Source: an uncultured virus (IMG/VR IMGVR_UViG_3300032770_000008) (lineage: Duplodnaviria; Heunggongvirae; Uroviricota; Caudoviricetes). From it: DNA of 57,516 nucleotides. The number at the start of each line of letters is the position of its first letter. Position 1 is the first letter of the stretch. The position numbers and the translations under genes were made by a program. The stretch lies in the IMG/VR virus record IMGVR_UViG_3300032770_000008, one strand, 5' to 3'. The notes below the pieces were generated by a model that was not told the DNA's origin, made no database searches, and saw nothing but the letters and a program-made list of their open reading frames with translations. Positions 7,758 through 17,214 of this stretch are shown one piece after another.

Positions 7758-8531
7758 TCACGCGTCGCCCGGAGGAGCGGGCGCCTCGCACTTGCACAGA
7801 CTCATCATGATCACGCCGGGTTTCGTCGGATGCTCGACGTGCTTGTACAGATCGCCGCAGATCGGGCAGCGTTCGGGCACGCCCGGCGGTGAGATGAATC
7901 GGATCTTCGGTGATGCCTCGGGACGATTTCGCGTCATCGCGACCACGCGGGCCTCCTCCGGCGCGATCTCGAGCTTCGGCGGGGGGACCGCCTTCTTTCT
8001 CGCGACCGTCTCGGCCACTGCCGCCACATCGTCGCGCAAGCACCGCTCGGCGCCGTGCCGGTAGCCGGGGTCGGTCGGGTGTCCGCACGCGCATGGCCGC
8101 GCCTCGTCGGCGGCTCCGGTGGCGCGGATGATCCGCGGATTCGCAGGCGGTGGTGGCGGCAGGGGCAGAGGTCGCCGCTGCGCGCATCGCGCGGATCCGT
8201 GCTCGAAGTCCTCCGCACCCGGATTTCCGCACGCGCAGGGTCGCGCGACGATCGGAGCCTCTTCGACGCGCGCCGCCAATCGCCGCGTCGCCGCCGCGGT
8301 AAAAAAGTCGGCGTCGAAGGCGATCACGTCGACGATCCCGACCACACCGGAGCTCGATACGAGCATCCGCACGTCGACGCACTTCATGCGCCGGCGCTTC
8401 GTCGGATCCTCGATCCCCGAGATCCACAGGTCGTCGCCGAACCCGACCGGAACGCGATCGACCGACGCCAGATCGACGCGGACGGCTCGCGCCCCCGCCG
8501 CATCGAGAATCTCTTCGACGACGAGCCGCAT
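7758..8531 (-). CDS. Hypothetical protein with repeated C-x-C...H...C metal-binding motifs
   Basis: ARPCACG...HG..RC occurs twice, plus CPICG...CKC; TAAACT 7 nt upstream of the ATG. Confidence 0.65.
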   Translation of the reverse strand: MRLVVEEILDAAGARAVRVDLASVDRVPVGFGDDLWISGIEDPTKRRRMKCVDVRMLVSSSGVVGIVDVIAFDADFFTAAATRRLAARVEEAPIVARPCACGNPGAEDFEHGSARCAQRRPLPLPPPPPANPRIIRATGAADEARPCACGHPTDPGYRHGAERCLRDDVAAVAETVARKKAVPPPKLEIAPEEARVVAMTRNRPEASPKIRFISPPGVPERCPICGDLYKHVEHPTKPGVIMMSLCKCEAPAPPGDA

Positions 8532-8541
8532 GGCAAGAAGT

Positions 8542-9369
8542 TTACGCCGGAGTCGCGGCCGGCGCCGGTAACGCGAGACCCGGCTCCGGCAGATCGAGCA
8601 TGTCGGGCTTGACCGCCTTGAGCCGGACGACCCAGTCCACGATCGCGTTCCAGCTCTCGTTGAACATCCTCTGCTGCACCTCCGCGGCGCGCGCATTCAT
8701 GTCCGTCATCACGGTCGGATCGATCTTGCCGTCGAAGTCGCAGCGCACGTTGTAGTGATCGAGCTTGTTCACGTCGCGAAACTTCTTGAACAGGTAGAAG
8801 AAGGCTTCCGCGGGATAGAAGCGCCGGTGCGTCGGATCCTGAAACGCGCGGTTGTTGCGCAGGCACGGCACGACGACCGACATCCACGCTCCCGGCGCCA
8901 GGATGCGATGACACTCGTCGAAGAAGGCGAAGAAGAGATCCTTGGCGCCCGGCGTGCCGCATGAGACCTCGTTGCCCGAGGCGTCGACATAGATCATCGG
9001 CAGATGCTCGACGAAATGCGAGCAATTCAGCTCGACGACGGAGCTGTCCGCCCAGGGCCACGGGAAACGCGTGAGGTTGACCTCGTGCTTGATGCTCTTG
9101 CGTGCCTTCTCGAGCGCGGCCAGCTGCGTGAGCTCCTCGCCCGTGCGATCGGGCTTGTCGCGCAGCCTGGCGATCTCGCCGTCGAGGTAGACGCCGATGC
9201 CGGGGATGTCGACACCCTCGAAGCCCTCCTTGCAGCTCTGCCCGCACGCGAGATCGAGCTTGAGCTTGGGTGCGGGACGCGCGAGCTGCGGCTTGGGAGC
9301 CGCCGGGGATTTCTTGACCGTCTTGGCCGCGAGATCGCGGCGCTGCTTCTTCGCTTGCTTTCCGCTCAT
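8542..9369 (-). CDS. Class I SAM-dependent methyltransferase (sugar-associated type)
   Basis: LDLACG, HFVEHL, ECHRILAPG, DPTH motifs. Confidence 0.85.
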   Translation of the reverse strand: MSGKQAKKQRRDLAAKTVKKSPAAPKPQLARPAPKLKLDLACGQSCKEGFEGVDIPGIGVYLDGEIARLRDKPDRTGEELTQLAALEKARKSIKHEVNLTRFPWPWADSSVVELNCSHFVEHLPMIYVDASGNEVSCGTPGAKDLFFAFFDECHRILAPGAWMSVVVPCLRNNRAFQDPTHRRFYPAEAFFYLFKKFRDVNKLDHYNVRCDFDGKIDPTVMTDMNARAAEVQQRMFNESWNAIVDWVVRLKAVKPDMLDLPEPGLALPAPAATPA

Positions 9370-9379
9370 GAGGATTCTC

Positions 9380-10453
9380 CTAGAGACCGAGCCACGTGGG
9401 ATTGTCGAGGTACCAGCGCACGGTTTTCTCGAGCGACTGCTCGAGCATCATCGGGCGTTTCCAGCCGAGCTGCCCGATGAGCTCGTCTTTCATCGCGTAG
9501 CGGAGATCATGCCCGGGGCGGGAGGCGTGCCACGACACGAGCTCGCAGTGGAGCGGCTTGCCGACGAAGCCGGCGATCATCTGCGCGAGGTCGAGATTCG
9601 AGATTTCGCGCTCGCCGCAGACGTGGATCTTGCGCGGCATGTCTTCGACGATGAGAGTGCGCTCGCCGGCGGGGCGCGAGCTGGAAGCCCCAGCGTCGAG
9701 GCGCATCAAGAACGCGAGCGCGTGCGCGAACGTCCGGCAGTGCAGGTAGAACCTCGTGCCAGAGCGCGTCTGCGTCGGATCCGCGTGGATGGTCATCACC
9801 TCGCCGCGCAGCGCAGCGCGAATGCACTTCGGCACCATTTTTTCGAAATGTTGCCTCTCGCCTACGAGGTTCATCGTATTGACGATCGTGATGGGCAATC
9901 GGTACGTGTTCGCGTAGCTCAGCGCGACGCACTCGCCACTGGCCTTCGCGGCCGCGTAGGGATTCGCCGGCCGGAATGGCGCGTGCTCATCGAAGCCGGC
10001 GACGTCGTCGCCGAACGCGGCGGGGCCGTAGACCTCGTCGGTGCTCACGAGGAAAGCGCGACGCAGCGACGGAAGCGATCGCAGCCACCAGAGCAGGTGA
10101 TGCGTGCCGATCACGTTCGAATGGAAGAACGGTAGTGGATCGATGATCGAATTATCGACGTGCGTCTCCGCAGCCGCGTGGATCACGTAGTCGATCGCGC
10201 CGATCTCGCGCACGACTCCCTCCGGGATCGGCTGCGAGAGATCACAGCCGAGCACGCGGACGCGCCGATCGTCGTACGCCTGGATGTCGCGCAGGCGATC
10301 GAAGCCGGCTGACGCGTAGGTCATCTTGTCGAGCACGACGAGATCGGCGTCGGTGCTCTTGAGGAAATGCTCGACGAGGTGCGAACCGAGGAAGCCGCAG
10401 CCTCCCGTGATGAGAATGCGCATGCCGCCGTATGTACCCGAGACGTACGACAT
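9380..10453 (-). CDS. rfbB: dTDP/NDP-glucose 4,6-dehydratase
   Basis: ITGGCGFLG, DKMTYAS, HAAAETHVD, STDEVYG, PYAAAK, RPGHDLRYA; alternative start at 10423. Confidence 0.9.
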   Translation of the reverse strand: MSYVSGTYGGMRILITGGCGFLGSHLVEHFLKSTDADLVVLDKMTYASAGFDRLRDIQAYDDRRVRVLGCDLSQPIPEGVVREIGAIDYVIHAAAETHVDNSIIDPLPFFHSNVIGTHHLLWWLRSLPSLRRAFLVSTDEVYGPAAFGDDVAGFDEHAPFRPANPYAAAKASGECVALSYANTYRLPITIVNTMNLVGERQHFEKMVPKCIRAALRGEVMTIHADPTQTRSGTRFYLHCRTFAHALAFLMRLDAGASSSRPAGERTLIVEDMPRKIHVCGEREISNLDLAQMIAGFVGKPLHCELVSWHASRPGHDLRYAMKDELIGQLGWKRPMMLEQSLEKTVRWYLDNPTWLGL

Positions 10454-10460
10454 CGAGCGG

Positions 10461-10820
10461 CTAGTAGTTCCCCGCCTTGGTGATCGCGCCGACCAGCGCG
10501 GACGCCATCTCGTTCGCGAGCGCGTCCCGGTTGGTGAGCATCTTCTCGAACGCCGCGGCGGCGAGCTCGCGCATGCGCGCACGGATCTCGTCGGTCGCGA
10601 TCATCTCCCGCACGACCTCGCGTGCGAGGTCGAGAACCGCGCCCTCGAACGCGAGATGGATCTCGGTCTTGCCCTGGCTATAGCCGTAGGTGCCAGATTG
10701 CTTCGGCGCCACGAGCGCCGCGAGCGCGGCGCGGATCAGCTCTTCCTTCTTCTTGTCGTCGAGCGCCTTGTACATCGCCTCGACAACAAGGGCCTTCATG
10801 GTGGTGTCTTCGGTAGTCAC
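10461..10820 (-). CDS. Hypothetical helical protein (119 aa)
   Basis: GGAG RBS; fits gene packing. Confidence 0.7.
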   Translation of the reverse strand: MTTEDTTMKALVVEAMYKALDDKKKEELIRAALAALVAPKQSGTYGYSQGKTEIHLAFEGAVLDLAREVVREMIATDEIRARMRELAAAAFEKMLTNRDALANEMASALVGAITKAGNY

Positions 10821-10829
10821 ATCGCGCTC

Positions 10830-11663
10830 CTAGTAGACGATGTTTGAAGAGAAGTCTAAATGCCCCACCCTCACGCGAAGGTCCACGGCGAAGCGTTTCC
10901 CCGCGCGCTTGGCCTTCTCCGCGAAAAATAAATCCTGCGTGAAGCCCTGCACTCCCTTGCCCGGTACGATGTCATTCACCGTCACGAACCACGGCGGCTC
11001 GATCTGCTTGAACAGATCGAGTCGGTAGAGCGAACACCCCATGGCGATACCGTTGCACTCGACGACGCGATTGCCGGCGGCGAGCGACGCGCGGATGTCC
11101 CGCGGACGGAACTCGAGCTCGCCAGTCTGTCGGTAGTGCTCGGGATCGCCGTAGCACATGGGCTGCTGGATATCACCCTTCGTGAAGTAGATCCCGGAGA
11201 CACCGTCGAGTCCGAACTCCTCGATCGATTCGAGCAGTCGGATATGCGCGTCGGGCGGCTGGATGTTGTCCGACTCCATCGTCATGACGTACTTCCACGT
11301 CGACAGCTGCGGATCTTTCAAAATGTTCTGGATCGTCGTCGTGTACGCTTTGCCGACCTCGTCATTGATCACGTACAGAAACGCGCGCTTCTGATTCATC
11401 GGTGCGATCAGGTTCTGCCAGCTGTTGACCACCCGGTAGTGGAACTTGTCGTCGCGCGACGGCACGATGATGATCGTCGAGCTATCGCGATAGGTCGCGC
11501 CCGAATACTTCTTCACGCGCTCGAAGCCTAGGCCACTGAGCGCACCCTCGAGCGCCGCGGATCCCTCGATCCACTGCGGAGCTCCCACGGAGGGCACCGC
11601 GCCGCGAAGCATCGCCGGCGATCGCCGCGCACTCTTGGCCGCGCCGCGCGTCTTCTTCTTCAT
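10830..11663 (-). CDS. GT-A fold glycosyltransferase (family 2-like)
   Basis: YVMTMESDN, GVSGIYF, GIAMGCSL, PPWF, QDLFFAEKA...VDLRVRVGH; ATGA-coupled. Confidence 0.8.
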   Translation of the reverse strand: MKKKTRGAAKSARRSPAMLRGAVPSVGAPQWIEGSAALEGALSGLGFERVKKYSGATYRDSSTIIIVPSRDDKFHYRVVNSWQNLIAPMNQKRAFLYVINDEVGKAYTTTIQNILKDPQLSTWKYVMTMESDNIQPPDAHIRLLESIEEFGLDGVSGIYFTKGDIQQPMCYGDPEHYRQTGELEFRPRDIRASLAAGNRVVECNGIAMGCSLYRLDLFKQIEPPWFVTVNDIVPGKGVQGFTQDLFFAEKAKRAGKRFAVDLRVRVGHLDFSSNIVY

Positions 11664-11824
11664 CGCGTCTTCTTCCTCGCGGCCTCGGCCGCATCGGCGA
11701 CCCAGCCTCGGATCACGTGCTGGTACGGAATCGCCAGGCGCTTGCCCTCGTCGCGAGCTCGCCGCACGTCGGCCACGCGCAGTCGGATCGTGATGCGCTC
11801 CAGAGAGATCGGCTCGCGCGGCAT
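11660..11824 (-). CDS. CopG/BrnA-like ribbon-helix-helix protein
   Basis: ITIRL...RRA...IPYQHVIRGW pattern in 54 aa. Confidence 0.75.
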   Translation of the reverse strand: MPREPISLERITIRLRVADVRRARDEGKRLAIPYQHVIRGWVADAAEAARKKTR

Positions 11825-11829
11825 CGTTA

Positions 11830-11878
11830 TTGACGATGTACATCCGCCGCGCGTACGGTTGCAATCGCGCGATCGCAA
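11830..11878 (+). promoter_or_regulatory. Divergent promoter region with a 20-bp near-palindrome
   Basis: TTGACG(11830)-N18-TACGGT(11854); TTGCAATCGCGCGATCGCAA at 11859-11878. Confidence 0.45.
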
Positions 11879-11906
11879 ACAATCGACGCGAGGAGATCTC
11901 CCCCGA

Positions 11907-12188
11907 ATGCCGATCGTAAATTACAAGGGTCCCCCGGGCTACGTCGGCGTCCTCCAGCACCTCGTTGGCGAGAAGATCGAGAAGGCATTCGTCGACGGAT
12001 CGGGCGCGCTCTGGTTGGTCGTGGGTAGTGGCCACGCGTTCGTGATCGCAGCGTACAACGGCAACGCGGAGGCGCCGTTCTGGACGGTGTCTCCGCCCGA
12101 CGTCGAGCGTCAAATCGTCGAGCGTCGCCGCGAGCTCCAGAAGAAGATCCAGGAGCTCAAGAACCTCGCGCCGGGCGTGGACGTCTAG
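11907..12188 (+). CDS. Hypothetical protein (93 aa) with C-terminal coiled coil
   Basis: AGGAG RBS; fills the gap between minus-strand genes; convergent with 12195. Confidence 0.75.
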   Translation: MPIVNYKGPPGYVGVLQHLVGEKIEKAFVDGSGALWLVVGSGHAFVIAAYNGNAEAPFWTVSPPDVERQIVERRRELQKKIQELKNLAPGVDV

Positions 12189-12194
12189 GGATCC

Positions 12195-13073
12195 TCACGA
12201 GCTCACGAGCTGGAGGTACGGCTGGCCGCCGCCGTACGTAATGCCGTGTCCCGACGAGTACGTCTTCACGACATCCGTGACGTGGATCGTGTTGGGCAGC
12301 GCGCCGGAGAACGCTGACCGATAGTAGCCGTCACCCCAATACGTGCCGTTGTCGTCGCCGCCGATCGGCAAGACGCTTTGAAGCTGTCCGTCATCGCCGA
12401 AGATTGATTGCGTTCCCGTCGCGATGTTCCCGATCGAGAACGCCAGCGCGAGCATGTATTGGCCGGGCGTGAAGTTCATGACGCCGGTGACAGACTTCCA
12501 CGACGCGTAGGCGGTCGCGACCGTCTCCATCGTCTGGGTGTTCGAGCACAACGTCGCCAGCGATGCGGTCGAGTGACTAATCGTGTAGATCCCGAGCGCG
12601 ATCGTCATCTGGACAGTCGTGCTCGGCACCGATCCCTCGATCTGAAACTCTCCGCGCGACGCGTTGAGCGCGAGAGGAAGCGAGATCATCTGGAGGAAGA
12701 CGTCGAAGGGATAATTCGGACCTTGCGGCTGCTGTCGCTGTCCACCAGCTGCGGTGCCGCCCCACCGACTGTTGTGCCAAAACGAGACACTCGGCCCTGC
12801 CATCGTGATCGACTGACCGTTGGCGCCGAAGCTGATCCCGTTCGAGTTCGAGAACACGGCTTGTCCGCTCGTCACCTGCGTCGTGCCGGCGCTGATCGAC
12901 AAGATTCCCGCCGTGAACGCGCTCGCGATCGCCGATGCAGTAATGCGCGCCGCCGAATCCATGCCGAATGTGAATCCGCCGCTGTTCGATAAAGTGACCG
13001 ATCCCTGCGAGGCGATCGCGCCCGCCGCCGAGAGGTTCACGCCAAGGCGCGGGTTCTGGACGATGTTACCCAT
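12195..13073 (-). CDS. Fibre/spike-like protein, SNSN-repeat family
   Basis: Two ISAG..SG.VxFSNSNG.xFG repeats plus the shared C-terminal domain. Confidence 0.75.
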   Translation of the reverse strand: MGNIVQNPRLGVNLSAAGAIASQGSVTLSNSGGFTFGMDSAARITASAIASAFTAGILSISAGTTQVTSGQAVFSNSNGISFGANGQSITMAGPSVSFWHNSRWGGTAAGGQRQQPQGPNYPFDVFLQMISLPLALNASRGEFQIEGSVPSTTVQMTIALGIYTISHSTASLATLCSNTQTMETVATAYASWKSVTGVMNFTPGQYMLALAFSIGNIATGTQSIFGDDGQLQSVLPIGGDDNGTYWGDGYYRSAFSGALPNTIHVTDVVKTYSSGHGITYGGGQPYLQLVSS

Positions 13074-14009
13074 CTAGTAGGTTCCCACGAGCTCGAAGTA
13101 CGGCTGCCCGATGCTCGCGTTCGCCGAGAGCGTGGCCGTGAACGAGTTATACACTTCCGACGCGTTCACCTGTCCCGGGAACGCGCTCGTGCCGGCCGAG
13201 TAGTAGCCCTGACAGAAGTAGGGCAGATTGCCGCCGGACACCGATTGCGCGACGCCCGTCTGATTCGTCACGCTGCCGATCACCGACATGCTCGCCGTCG
13301 TGCCGGCGGCGCCATTGAGTGACGCCATGAAGCCGAACAGATAATCGCCGGGCGTGAGAACCCACGTGCTCAAGCCCACCGATTGCGATCGCAGTCCCGC
13401 GATCCCCGCGTAGACGCTCGACTGGCTGACATTCGTGCCCGTCGTCCACGAGATCGACGAGCTCGCCGAACTCGCGAGAGACGCGGAGGTCCCATTGATC
13501 GTGTAGACAGCGAACGAAATCGTGAGCGTCCCCTGTCCCGACGCGCTATCGGAGATCGCGACGAGAAAGTTCGCGAGCGTCGCACTGATCGGCTGCCACA
13601 CGATCGCTCGCTGGTACGAGAGATTCGACGTGGCCGACGCGCTGCCACTGCTCGATCCGAGCACCGCGATCGAATCGTAGTTGAGCCCGTTCTCGAAGAG
13701 CGAGATCCGAGCGAAGTCGGCCGTGATCGTTTGCCCATTCACCCCGAAACTAAAGCCGCCGGAATTCGAGAGCACGACCTGGCCGCTCGTCACCTGCGCC
13801 GATCCGGCGCTGATCGACTGGATGAAGTTCGCAAGGCGCGTCGTCGCGCTCGCCAGCGCCGTGATCGCGACGTCGAAGGCGTCGAGCCTACTGGCACCAA
13901 ACGTCACGTTGTTCGAATTCGAGAACACGACCGTACCGGATTGGGCGAATTGCGTACCTGCAGAAATCCAGATCCCGCACCGCGCGAAATCGACGGTCGG
14001 CCAGGCCAT
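13074..14009 (-). CDS. Fibre/spike-like protein, SNSN-repeat family
   Basis: Same repeats and head (YTING.SASLASS...TPGDY...QPYFELVGTY). Confidence 0.75.
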   Translation of the reverse strand: MAWPTVDFARCGIWISAGTQFAQSGTVVFSNSNNVTFGASRLDAFDVAITALASATTRLANFIQSISAGSAQVTSGQVVLSNSGGFSFGVNGQTITADFARISLFENGLNYDSIAVLGSSSGSASATSNLSYQRAIVWQPISATLANFLVAISDSASGQGTLTISFAVYTINGTSASLASSASSSISWTTGTNVSQSSVYAGIAGLRSQSVGLSTWVLTPGDYLFGFMASLNGAAGTTASMSVIGSVTNQTGVAQSVSGGNLPYFCQGYYSAGTSAFPGQVNASEVYNSFTATLSANASIGQPYFELVGTY

Positions 14010-14954
14010 CTAAAAGGTCCCCACGAAGACGATGTTCGGCACGCACGACAATCCCGGCGCCTCGTTGATAGAAGCGGCAAGATCTTGAACTCGAACGGAG
14101 ACGGGCAACACGGTCGTGCCGTGGCTATACGTACCCTGTGGCGGAAAATAGGGCACCGTCGAGAGGGTCCCAGGCATCGACACGACAGGTACGACAGCAG
14201 ATCCGTTGAACGACCACGAGCGCGACGCGGCCGCGGCAGTGTAGGACCCCAAGAAACCGATCAAATATTCGCCGGCGGGCATATTCCACGTGCCGAGCGC
14301 GATCGTCCGCGCACGCAGGCTGCTTTGTCCGCCCCACACGCTCGTCACGCTCGAGAACACGCCACCCGATCCGGTCGTCCACGACACACCGACGGACGCC
14401 GAGCTCGCGAGCGACGCGGTCGAGTGGTTCATCGTGTAGATCCCGAGTTGGAGCGTGTAACTCCCTCCACCAGACGCGTTGAGCATCGCGGCCGTTAGAA
14501 TCGCGCGCGTCGCTTGGATCGGATTGAAGATCGAGACACGATTGAAAAAGACGTTGCCGATCCCAGCGGGAAGCCCGTTGCTGACCATCGGCGGCACGAC
14601 GCCGCTAGACGCGCGGCCGTGGTTTTGCCACATGCTCACTTGGGGAGCCGCTGCCGTGATCGTCTGACCGCTCGCGCCCCACGCCACGGCGGAATTCGCG
14701 AGCACTGCTTGTCCCGTCGTGACGCGTGTCGTGCCAGCGCTGAGTGATTGGATCGCCGTCAAGATCGCCGTGACAGACGCGGTCGCCGTGATGATCAGTG
14801 ATCCTGCCGATCGTTGCGCCCCCCACGTGATCGTCGGGCTATTCGAGAACACCACCGGATTACCGGTACTCGCCGTGCTGCCGGATCCAGCGGCGATCGC
14901 GAGACCGAGCCGCGGGTTGGCAAACCCCGACGGACCGTCAAACCCGAACGACAC
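14010..14954 (-). CDS. Fibre/spike-like protein, SNSN-repeat family
   Basis: Same architecture; ends PNIVFVGTF. Confidence 0.75.
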   Translation of the reverse strand: MSFGFDGPSGFANPRLGLAIAAGSGSTASTGNPVVFSNSPTITWGAQRSAGSLIITATASVTAILTAIQSLSAGTTRVTTGQAVLANSAVAWGASGQTITAAAPQVSMWQNHGRASSGVVPPMVSNGLPAGIGNVFFNRVSIFNPIQATRAILTAAMLNASGGGSYTLQLGIYTMNHSTASLASSASVGVSWTTGSGGVFSSVTSVWGGQSSLRARTIALGTWNMPAGEYLIGFLGSYTAAAASRSWSFNGSAVVPVVSMPGTLSTVPYFPPQGTYSHGTTVLPVSVRVQDLAASINEAPGLSCVPNIVFVGTF

Positions 14955-14957
14955 GCG

Positions 14958-15830
14958 CTACGGCCCCGTGCCGATGAGTCGGAACTGCGGCTGGCCGAGC
15001 GGAGAAGATCCGGTCTGATTGATCGCGGACATGTGGATCGACGTCGGGAACGCGCCGGTGCCCGAAGCGAAGATACCGTCCGCGAAATACTGCGAGTAAT
15101 TTCCGCCGCCAACCGCCCCGGCGATCGACACGGCGGAGTTGCCGTACATCGTCATCGATCCCGTTGTGCCCGACGGACCGTTGATCGATCCCATGATCCC
15201 TATGAAATACTCACCGGGCGTCAGGTTCCACGTCGCGAGCGTCATCGATCGCCACCGCGTACCGCTGTTACCACCGTAGATCGAACCTGCCGTCGAGTTC
15301 GTCCCCGAGTTGAACGTGTAAGCAACCGAGGCCGAGCTAACACTCGACGCCGTCGATCCGGCGAACGTGTAGATCGCGGCCGAGAGCGTGAAGCTGCCGG
15401 CCGTCGATCCTGCAACCGTCAAGTGCGCGAGCAGGTCGAGTTCGGTCGCCGCGATCCCGAACTCGATCGAGAACCGACGGAGCGAGAGGTTGATCGATCC
15501 GCTCGACGGCACGAGCGAGAACGATCCGGCGACCTCGGCGTCTGGTCGATAGAACGAGACCGAGGGAAGCTTCGCCGTGATCGTCGCACCATTCGCACCG
15601 AAGCTGATCCCATTCGAGTTCGAGAACACGACACCACTCGCGCCACCCGAGGCGACTGCCGTGCCGGCCGAAATCTCATACGCCGCCGTGATCACACTCG
15701 AGCTCGCGCTCGCCGACATCCCAAAGATCATCCCGTTCGAATTCGAGAAGACGACCGTACCCGTCTGCGCGAGCTGCGTGCCGGCAGAGAGATTGACTCC
15801 GAGACGCTGGGAGGGAAATCCTTGACCCAT
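14958..15830 (-). CDS. Fibre/spike-like protein, SNSN-repeat family
   Basis: Same architecture; ends QPQFRLIGTGP. Confidence 0.75.
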   Translation of the reverse strand: MGQGFPSQRLGVNLSAGTQLAQTGTVVFSNSNGMIFGMSASASSSVITAAYEISAGTAVASGGASGVVFSNSNGISFGANGATITAKLPSVSFYRPDAEVAGSFSLVPSSGSINLSLRRFSIEFGIAATELDLLAHLTVAGSTAGSFTLSAAIYTFAGSTASSVSSASVAYTFNSGTNSTAGSIYGGNSGTRWRSMTLATWNLTPGEYFIGIMGSINGPSGTTGSMTMYGNSAVSIAGAVGGGNYSQYFADGIFASGTGAFPTSIHMSAINQTGSSPLGQPQFRLIGTGP

Positions 15831-16531
15831 TAGCTCGTCATCTCCTGTCCCGCGCCGTTGAATGCGACGTTGCCATTCGCCGAATAGACGACGATCGAAT
15901 CTCCCGCGGCGAGCACGGGCAGATCGGTGCGCATGTATGGATCAAATGGATCGACCGTGAGATCGCAGACGACGAGATACTGATCGAGCGGAGTCGATGT
16001 CGATTGTCCCGACGGGACGATCCAGATGCGGATCATGTCGTTCGACGCCGATCCAGCCTTCGTCACGTTGCACGCCTGCACGAGTCCGCCGAGCGTGGTC
16101 GTCCCGCCAGGTGACGTGAACAAGACTGTCGGCGTTGCCGCCGATGGCAAGATCCCGCCAAATGGAACATACGCTTCGTAGCTCGAGTCAGTGACCTGGA
16201 GGCCCGAGCCGTTGAACGCGATCGTGCCGTTCTGCGACTCGACCTGGAGAAAATCACCGGCCGCGAGCACGAAGGGCGCGTTCAAAACGTAGGGATCGGT
16301 CGCGTCGACGACCATGTCGCAGATCACGAGATACTGATCGGCCGCCGTCTGTCCATTCGGAATCACCCAGACGCGGATCGAATCATCCTGCGCGCTCGCT
16401 CCTTTGGTCGTCGTGCACGCGGCGAAGAGTGAGAGGATCGTCACCGTGGCACCTGGCGACGTGTAGAGCGTCGTCGGCGTAGTCGCCGCTGGTGCGATGC
16501 CTCCGAACGCTACGTAGGTCTCCGCTGCCAT
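15830..16531 (-). CDS. Structural protein with two tandem beta-sandwich repeats
   Basis: Internal duplication YV.FGGI.P...PT.L.TSPG...IR.W..P.GQ...DQYLV.CD...LAAGD...AFNG.G. Confidence 0.75.
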   Translation of the reverse strand: MAAETYVAFGGIAPAATTPTTLYTSPGATVTILSLFAACTTTKGASAQDDSIRVWVIPNGQTAADQYLVICDMVVDATDPYVLNAPFVLAAGDFLQVESQNGTIAFNGSGLQVTDSSYEAYVPFGGILPSAATPTVLFTSPGGTTTLGGLVQACNVTKAGSASNDMIRIWIVPSGQSTSTPLDQYLVVCDLTVDPFDPYMRTDLPVLAAGDSIVVYSANGNVAFNGAGQEMTS

Positions 16532-16535
16532 CGAT

Positions 16536-17162
16536 CTAGACTCCCGCCAGGAAGAGCGCGTAGGCGCGGTGGAGCACCGACTGCGTGACCACCGAGCTAC
16601 CGCTCATGCCGAACGATACGCCGTTGGAATTCGAAAACTCAATCGTCCCTGACGATCCCGTCTGCGATCCCGCCGCGATCGCGACACCGCCGCCGCCCGC
16701 GTTCACGCTCGCTGTGACCGTGTTGCCGTTGACCCCGAAGGTCACGTTGTTCGAGTTCGAGAAAACGACCGTCCCGCTCGTCGCCTGCGTGGTGCCTGCG
16801 GAGATCGCGGCGATGCCGGCGGAAGCGCCGGCGACCGATGCGGTGATCGTCGAGCCATTCATCCCGAACGTCACGCCGTTCGAGTTGGAAAATACGAGCT
16901 GCCCGTTGCTCGCGAGCGTGGTGCCCGCGGAGATCGCCGTAATGAGGCCGATCGTCCCGTTGGCGTCTGGAATGACGACGGTCTGCTGACCCGTCGCGTT
17001 CGACGCGGCCAGATAGATCGCGCTCGCCCCGGCCGGATCCTGCGCGAATACGATCGACTTCGAACCCGCATCGGATCCGATCTGGATCTGCTCGCCGAGG
17101 ATGGACAGCGTAGCCTGGTTGAGCTGTACGACGTCTTGTAGGTTCGACTGGGAAAACGGCAT
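16536..17162 (-). CDS. SNSN-repeat protein without the C-terminal head
   Basis: Three repeats; N-terminus duplicated from 17215-18537. Confidence 0.75.
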   Translation of the reverse strand: MPFSQSNLQDVVQLNQATLSILGEQIQIGSDAGSKSIVFAQDPAGASAIYLAASNATGQQTVVIPDANGTIGLITAISAGTTLASNGQLVFSNSNGVTFGMNGSTITASVAGASAGIAAISAGTTQATSGTVVFSNSNNVTFGVNGNTVTASVNAGGGGVAIAAGSQTGSSGTIEFSNSNGVSFGMSGSSVVTQSVLHRAYALFLAGV

Positions 17163-17214
17163 CTAGCGTCCTCCCAGCAGCCTACAGGCAGAGGCCGACA
17201 TCGCGGCTTGCTTC

